Below, piece by piece: positions 27,796 through 32,000 of a stretch of DNA of 32,000 nucleotides. The position numbers were made by a program, and so were the translations under genes. The stretch spans positions 1,680,001 through 1,712,000 of the forward strand of contig OY969425.1 in assembly GCA_963699255.1 (NCBI GenBank). Reading direction: 5' to 3'. The notes under the pieces were generated by a model that saw nothing but the letters and a program-made list of their open reading frames with translations, searched no databases and was not told the DNA's origin. How positions within the stretch are numbered: position 1 is the first letter of the stretch; each line of letters opens with the position of its first letter. This stretch comes from an uncultured bacterium (GTDB taxonomy: Bacteria; Margulisbacteria; WOR-1; CAVSGV01).

Positions 27796-29000
27796 CAAGA
27801 CCCAGATTTTCTGTCGTACTTTCAAACCCGGGGTTTCTTTTGCTTTGGATGGGGCAGCTTTTGTCTCAGATCGCCGACAGGATATTCATTTATGTGCTCA
27901 TGATACTTGCCTATGCTTTGACAAAATCAAATTTGGGCGTCAGCATCCCTATGCTTTCTTTCGGGATACCTTCCATCCTTTTCGGGTCTCTGGCTGGCGT
28001 ATACTCTGATAGGCTGGACAGGAAAGGAATAATGGTCATATCCTGCATAATGAGGGGACTGCTCATACTTCTGCTCGTGCCTCTCGTTCATAAATCCATC
28101 GCTTCGATATTCCTGGTCAGCTTTCTTATATACACCGTTGCCCAGTTTTTTGCTCCCGCGGAATCATCCTCCATCCCGGAACTTGTCGAAAGGAAGAACC
28201 TTATCATCGCGAATTCGCTGTTCGTGGTCACCTGGATGGGAGCTTCCATGCTGGGATTCGGGCTCGGGGCGCCTATCGTTAACTGGCTGGGAGAACAGGG
28301 AACGTTCGTTCTGTCCGCCACATTTTACCTGATAGCTTCGGGGCTTATTTTTCTTGTGCCCCTCAAGGAACAGGCCTATGATGCCAGCTCCACGAACGGG
28401 AATATATTGAAGGACCTGAAGAACGGGATAGATTATATCAATAAGAACGTTCTGGTCGGCTATTCGCTTTTAAAGATGTTCATCGCGACTTCCGCGCTTG
28501 CGGTGGTCAGCCTTCTTTCCATATCTTACGCGAAAGAAGTGCTCATGATCGGGGAAAGGAACTTCGGCTATCTTGTTATTGCGGCGGGGCTTGGAATGTT
28601 CGTTGGTATGGCGTTTTTGGGGCGGGTGAGCCACTTTTTCAAGAAATCGACGATTTTGATGACAGGTTTTATCGTTTCCGGGATCTCGCTGTGTCTTGTC
28701 GCAGGAGTCAGCGATATCAAGATCTCTCTGCTCCTTATTTTTATCCTTGGGGTGTGCAATGTTCTTATAAATTCTACCATTCAGACCATACTTCAGTCGG
28801 TGGTCCCCGCGGGGATGAGGGGGCGAGTATTCGGCGTTCAGAACATGCTGATAAATTCCGCTTTTACGTTCCCTCTGTTGATCTTCGGCGCCATTGCTGA
28901 TGGCTGGGGCATAAGAACGGCGATCGCGGCTTTAGGCGTTACCATGATAGCGGGCGCATTTGTCGGGTCCCTCGGAAAGAGTTCAAAGGCATTGTCGTGA
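27792..29000 (+). CDS. MFS transporter
   Basis: 12-TM-like hydrophobicity; GSLAGVYSDRLDRKGIMVIS motif A; ATGA overlap with recO. Confidence 0.88.
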   Translation: MTRPRFSVVLSNPGFLLLWMGQLLSQIADRIFIYVLMILAYALTKSNLGVSIPMLSFGIPSILFGSLAGVYSDRLDRKGIMVISCIMRGLLILLLVPLVHKSIASIFLVSFLIYTVAQFFAPAESSSIPELVERKNLIIANSLFVVTWMGASMLGFGLGAPIVNWLGEQGTFVLSATFYLIASGLIFLVPLKEQAYDASSTNGNILKDLKNGIDYINKNVLVGYSLLKMFIATSALAVVSLLSISYAKEVLMIGERNFGYLVIAAGLGMFVGMAFLGRVSHFFKKSTILMTGFIVSGISLCLVAGVSDIKISLLLIFILGVCNVLINSTIQTILQSVVPAGMRGRVFGVQNMLINSAFTFPLLIFGAIADGWGIRTAIAALGVTMIAGAFVGSLGKSSKALS

Positions 29001-29971
29001 GACCCCTGGTATGCAACTACTACCTGACCCTGAAGTGCAATGACGCCTGCGAATTTTGCCGCCTATGGCAGAAAAAGGAATTCCAAGAAATGCGGGAGAC
29101 AGGCGCGGCAGAGGTAAAGAAGAACCTCCGCTATCTTAGAGATATGGGGATCCTTGTCGTGAACTTTTCCGGAGGGGAACCCCTTCTTTATGAAGAAATT
29201 CCGGAGGTCCTTAGGATATCGAAAAGGCTGGGTTTTTTCAATATTTTGACCACCAACGGCGTCCTCTACCCTGAAAAAGCAGACCTTATAACGAACTTCG
29301 TGGACCATCTTGTGTTTTCGCTCGATTCCCCTGTGCCTGCCGACCATAACAGGATAAGAGGGACCAACTGTTACCAGTCTGTTATTGACGGCGTCAGGGC
29401 GGCAAAACGGCTCGGAAAGAACCCTATCATCAGCTTTACCGTGACCAGGGATACCGTAGGTGTGCTCCCTGACATGGTGGATCTCTCGCAAAGTTTGGGA
29501 GTTCTACTTTGGATAAATCCAGTGTATAATTATTCGGGACTTGAGGGATTCACCAAAGAGAGCGTTGATTACATAGCCAGGTATTTTGGCAGAAAGAACG
29601 TAGGGCTGAACCTGGCGAGCCTTCAGGTCATAAGGGATGGCGGAAATAATATTAGAAGGCCTGTTTGCAGGGCAGGCGCCTCTACTGTAACGATATTTCC
29701 GGACAATACGCTTGTTTCTCCCTGTATACATTTGCGAAAATCGGCTGTTAAGCTGGATGAAAATATAGCAAGTATACTGAAAAGAAGGGAGGTTAAACTG
29801 GCCGCATCCCTGTGCGGCCGCGATGATCAATGCAATGGTTGCATGGACTGGTCTTATCTGGGACCGTCCTTTTTGTACGGAATTAATAAGAACCTGTTCC
29901 TGGCTCTTTATTCAATTTGGAACTTGTTCTGGAAGGATTTAAGGATCAAGTCTGCCGGCCGGCAGGCATGA
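28997..29971 (+). CDS. Radical SAM protein with C-terminal auxiliary Cys-rich region
   Basis: YLTLKCNDACEFCRLW (CX3CX2C), NFSGGEPLLYEEI, C-terminal CRAG...CIH...CGRDDQCNGC. Confidence 0.92.
   Translation: MRPLVCNYYLTLKCNDACEFCRLWQKKEFQEMRETGAAEVKKNLRYLRDMGILVVNFSGGEPLLYEEIPEVLRISKRLGFFNILTTNGVLYPEKADLITNFVDHLVFSLDSPVPADHNRIRGTNCYQSVIDGVRAAKRLGKNPIISFTVTRDTVGVLPDMVDLSQSLGVLLWINPVYNYSGLEGFTKESVDYIARYFGRKNVGLNLASLQVIRDGGNNIRRPVCRAGASTVTIFPDNTLVSPCIHLRKSAVKLDENIASILKRREVKLAASLCGRDDQCNGCMDWSYLGPSFLYGINKNLFLALYSIWNLFWKDLRIKSAGRQA
29952..29969 (+). repeat. Palindromic element F, CTGCCGG/CCGGCAG + GCA at the 3' end of the radical SAM ORF
   Basis: Perfect 14-bp palindrome 29952-29965 adjacent to the TGA stop; encodes the terminal -SAGRQA. 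Confidence 0.55.
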
Positions 29972-29984
29972 AGGGAGTAGTTAC

Positions 29985-31148
29985 ATGAAAGTATTAATGC
30001 TGACGCCTTATTTTTATCCACATACCGGGGGGACAGAGAAATACGTTAAAGATCTTTCTATTCAGCTTGTAAAGAACGGCCATGATGTGACCGTGATCTC
30101 CTGCAATGTTCCGAGAGCAAAAAAAGCAAAAAAGGAGGAGATCATTGACGGAGTGAAGATCAAAAGGCTTCCGGCGATCGATTTCCTTTATTATCTTCCC
30201 ATCACTGTGTCTTTTAATCTCAAAATGCTTGAAGGGTATGATGTTGTTCATATCCATTGCCCGCCGCACAGTTTTATTAGGACCGTGGCTGGGAAGACAA
30301 AGCTACCGGTCGTAGCCACTTTTCATTGTGACATAACGATAACGGACCAGTTCTTCGGCATTCCGATACCCCATTTCATCACCAATGGCTTCGAAGCTTT
30401 AATGAATTGGTATGCTACTTTGTTCCTGCCGAAGGCTGAAGAGATCATATCCACATCCGAATCTTACGCATCCACGTCCCCCGTCATGAAGAACCTGCCG
30501 AGGAACGTGATACCCATAGGTGTTTACCACGACAAGCTTGACGAATCCGTTAAGAAACAGGGCATTGACCCATTAAAGGAAAAAAAGAAACAGATATTGT
30601 TCCTTGGGCGTCTTGCCGCGAATAAAGGGATCAGATATCTTGTTGCCGCTATGCCAAAGATCCTGGCGGCTCACCCGGATGCCAAACTCATCATCTGCGG
30701 AGAAGGGGAGGAAAAGCCGTCCATTGTGAACCAGATCAAGAGCCTGGGACTTGAAGGGAACATCACATTTTACGGCACAGTGGACCTTGACACCCTCTCG
30801 AGACTTTATACCACATCATCGGTATTTGTCCTGCCCTCTATAAACAGGCTGGAAGCTTTCGGGATAGTGCAGCTGGAGGCAATGGCTTGTTATACGCCTG
30901 TCGTCGCTTCCGATATTCCTGGCGTTAACAGCGTAATGGACGTGGGAAAGAGCGGGCTCCTTGTGCCGAAGCAGAATCCCGATGCGATCGCTGAAGCGGT
31001 GATAAAGATATTAAGCAGCCCCGAACTGATGCAGCAAATGGGTGCAAGGGGAAGACAGCTGGTTGAAACGAAATACGACTGGCCGATAATATCAAAGGTG
31101 GTTGAGGCCGTTTATAAAAAAGCGATAGCGAAAAAGAAAGGGAAGTAG
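29985..31148 (+). CDS. Glycosyltransferase family 4 (GT-B)
   Basis: LTPYFYPHTGGTEKYVKDLSIQLVKNGHDVTVIS; ILFLGRLAANKGIRYLVAAM; FVLPSINRLEAFGIVQLEAMACYTPVVASDIPG. Confidence 0.94.
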   Translation: MKVLMLTPYFYPHTGGTEKYVKDLSIQLVKNGHDVTVISCNVPRAKKAKKEEIIDGVKIKRLPAIDFLYYLPITVSFNLKMLEGYDVVHIHCPPHSFIRTVAGKTKLPVVATFHCDITITDQFFGIPIPHFITNGFEALMNWYATLFLPKAEEIISTSESYASTSPVMKNLPRNVIPIGVYHDKLDESVKKQGIDPLKEKKKQILFLGRLAANKGIRYLVAAMPKILAAHPDAKLIICGEGEEKPSIVNQIKSLGLEGNITFYGTVDLDTLSRLYTTSSVFVLPSINRLEAFGIVQLEAMACYTPVVASDIPGVNSVMDVGKSGLLVPKQNPDAIAEAVIKILSSPELMQQMGARGRQLVETKYDWPIISKVVEAVYKKAIAKKKGK

Positions 31149-32000
31149 TGAAGGTATTAGTAACCGGCGGAGCGGGATACATTGGGTCAGTAACCACTCG
31201 CGAGCTTATAAACCAGGGTTACGAAGTCGTTGTTTTTGATAATCTCTCATACGGGCACAGGCAGGTGATCCCGAAACAGGCCAGGTTCGTAGAGGCGGAC
31301 CTTCTGGATAGACCCAGCATTTACTCCGCGCTTTCCAAAGAAAAAATAGAAGCCGTGGTCCACTTTGCGGGATTTATAGCCGTCGGAGAATCGGTCAAAG
31401 AACCGCTGAAGTACGTAAGAAATAACATTCTGGGCGGATATAACCTTCTTGACGCGATGAGGGAGCTAAAAATAAACAAAATTATTTTTTCTTCTTCCGC
31501 GGCAGTTTACGGCGATCCGGATAGCATCCCCATTAAAGAAGAGGACAGGCTTAAACCAACCAGCCCGTACGGCGAGACCAAGCTCATATTCGAGAAATTC
31601 CTCAGCTGGTGCGATGCAGCTTATGGCACACGCTCCATATGTTTGCGTTATTTCAATGCGGCCGGCGCTGACATTGAAAACGATCTCGGCGAGGACCACG
31701 ATCCGGAAACACATTTGATCCCTCTGGTCCTTAAGGTCGCCCTCGGCCAGCGGGAAAAGATCGATGTTTTCGGGACGGATTATGATACCTCCGATGGCAC
31801 GTGTGTCAGGGATTATGTCCACATTAAGGACCTGGCTGCTGCCCATGTGAAGGCGCTTAAGCGCTTGAACGAAGGCGGAGCCTCCTCTTTCTATAATGTG
31901 GGTTCTTCAAAAGGTTATTCAGTAAGAGAAGTGATCGACGCGTGCAGAAAAATAACCAGGAAGAACATAAAAGTAGTTGAGTCGCCGCGAAGGGCCGGGG
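31148..32000 (+). CDS. galE: UDP-glucose 4-epimerase, partial (runs off the window; absent from ORF track)
   Basis: Translated from GTG at 31148: MKVLVTGGAGYIGSVTTRELI...FDNLSYGHR...VVHFAGFIAVGESVKEPLKYVRNN...SSSAAVYGDPD...PTSPYGETK...LRYFNAAGAD...GTCVRDYVHIKDLA. Confidence 0.95.
   Translation, partial: MKVLVTGGAGYIGSVTTRELINQGYEVVVFDNLSYGHRQVIPKQARFVEADLLDRPSIYSALSKEKIEAVVHFAGFIAVGESVKEPLKYVRNNILGGYNLLDAMRELKINKIIFSSSAAVYGDPDSIPIKEEDRLKPTSPYGETKLIFEKFLSWCDAAYGTRSICLRYFNAAGADIENDLGEDHDPETHLIPLVLKVALGQREKIDVFGTDYDTSDGTCVRDYVHIKDLAAAHVKALKRLNEGGASSFYNVGSSKGYSVREVIDACRKITRKNIKVVESPRRAG

Noticed and set aside
1-32000. CRISPR array, transposase, phage, toxin-antitoxin, tRNA or rRNA features
   Set aside because: I found no periodic direct repeats with spacers, no recognisable transposase or integrase, and no tRNA or rRNA signatures by reading. 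The window is mostly housekeeping genes.

Overview
The left ~18.5 kb (to ~18492) is a contiguous, + strand bacterial S10-spc-alpha type ribosomal super-operon. Its order is fusA(partial)-rpsJ-rplC-rplD-rplW-rplB-rpsS-rplV-rpsC-rplP-rpmC-rpsQ-rplN-rplX-rplE-rpsN(type Z)-rpsH-rplF-rplR-rpsE-rplO-secY-adk-map-infA-rpmJ-rpsM-rpsK-rpsD-rpoA-rplQ-truA-rplM-rpsI. It is followed by a BCAM0308-like zinc-ribbon protein, a class V aminotransferase and serA. To the right lie an AT-richer orphan ORF with an internal N-terminal repeat, a patatin-like phospholipase, two minus-strand regulators (an NtrC-type sigma-54 activator and a REC-KaiC-like ATPase fusion), recO, an MFS transporter, a radical SAM protein, a GT4 glycosyltransferase and galE (partial). 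I see no CRISPR, transposase, tRNA or rRNA. Nothing is convincingly a new defence or mobile system. The items most worth a second look are: (1) short GC-rich palindromic elements, often followed by CAGGCAGG, in intergenic sites and inside rpsI and the 3' end of the radical SAM gene; (2) a -1 frameshift splitting rplM; (3) the orphan ORF with a duplicated DNHAKGQK motif and the tandem hairpins downstream; (4) the REC-KaiC fusion; (5) the long low-complexity extension of S9. The lineage cannot be fixed from sequence alone; it looks like an uncultivated bacterial phylum.
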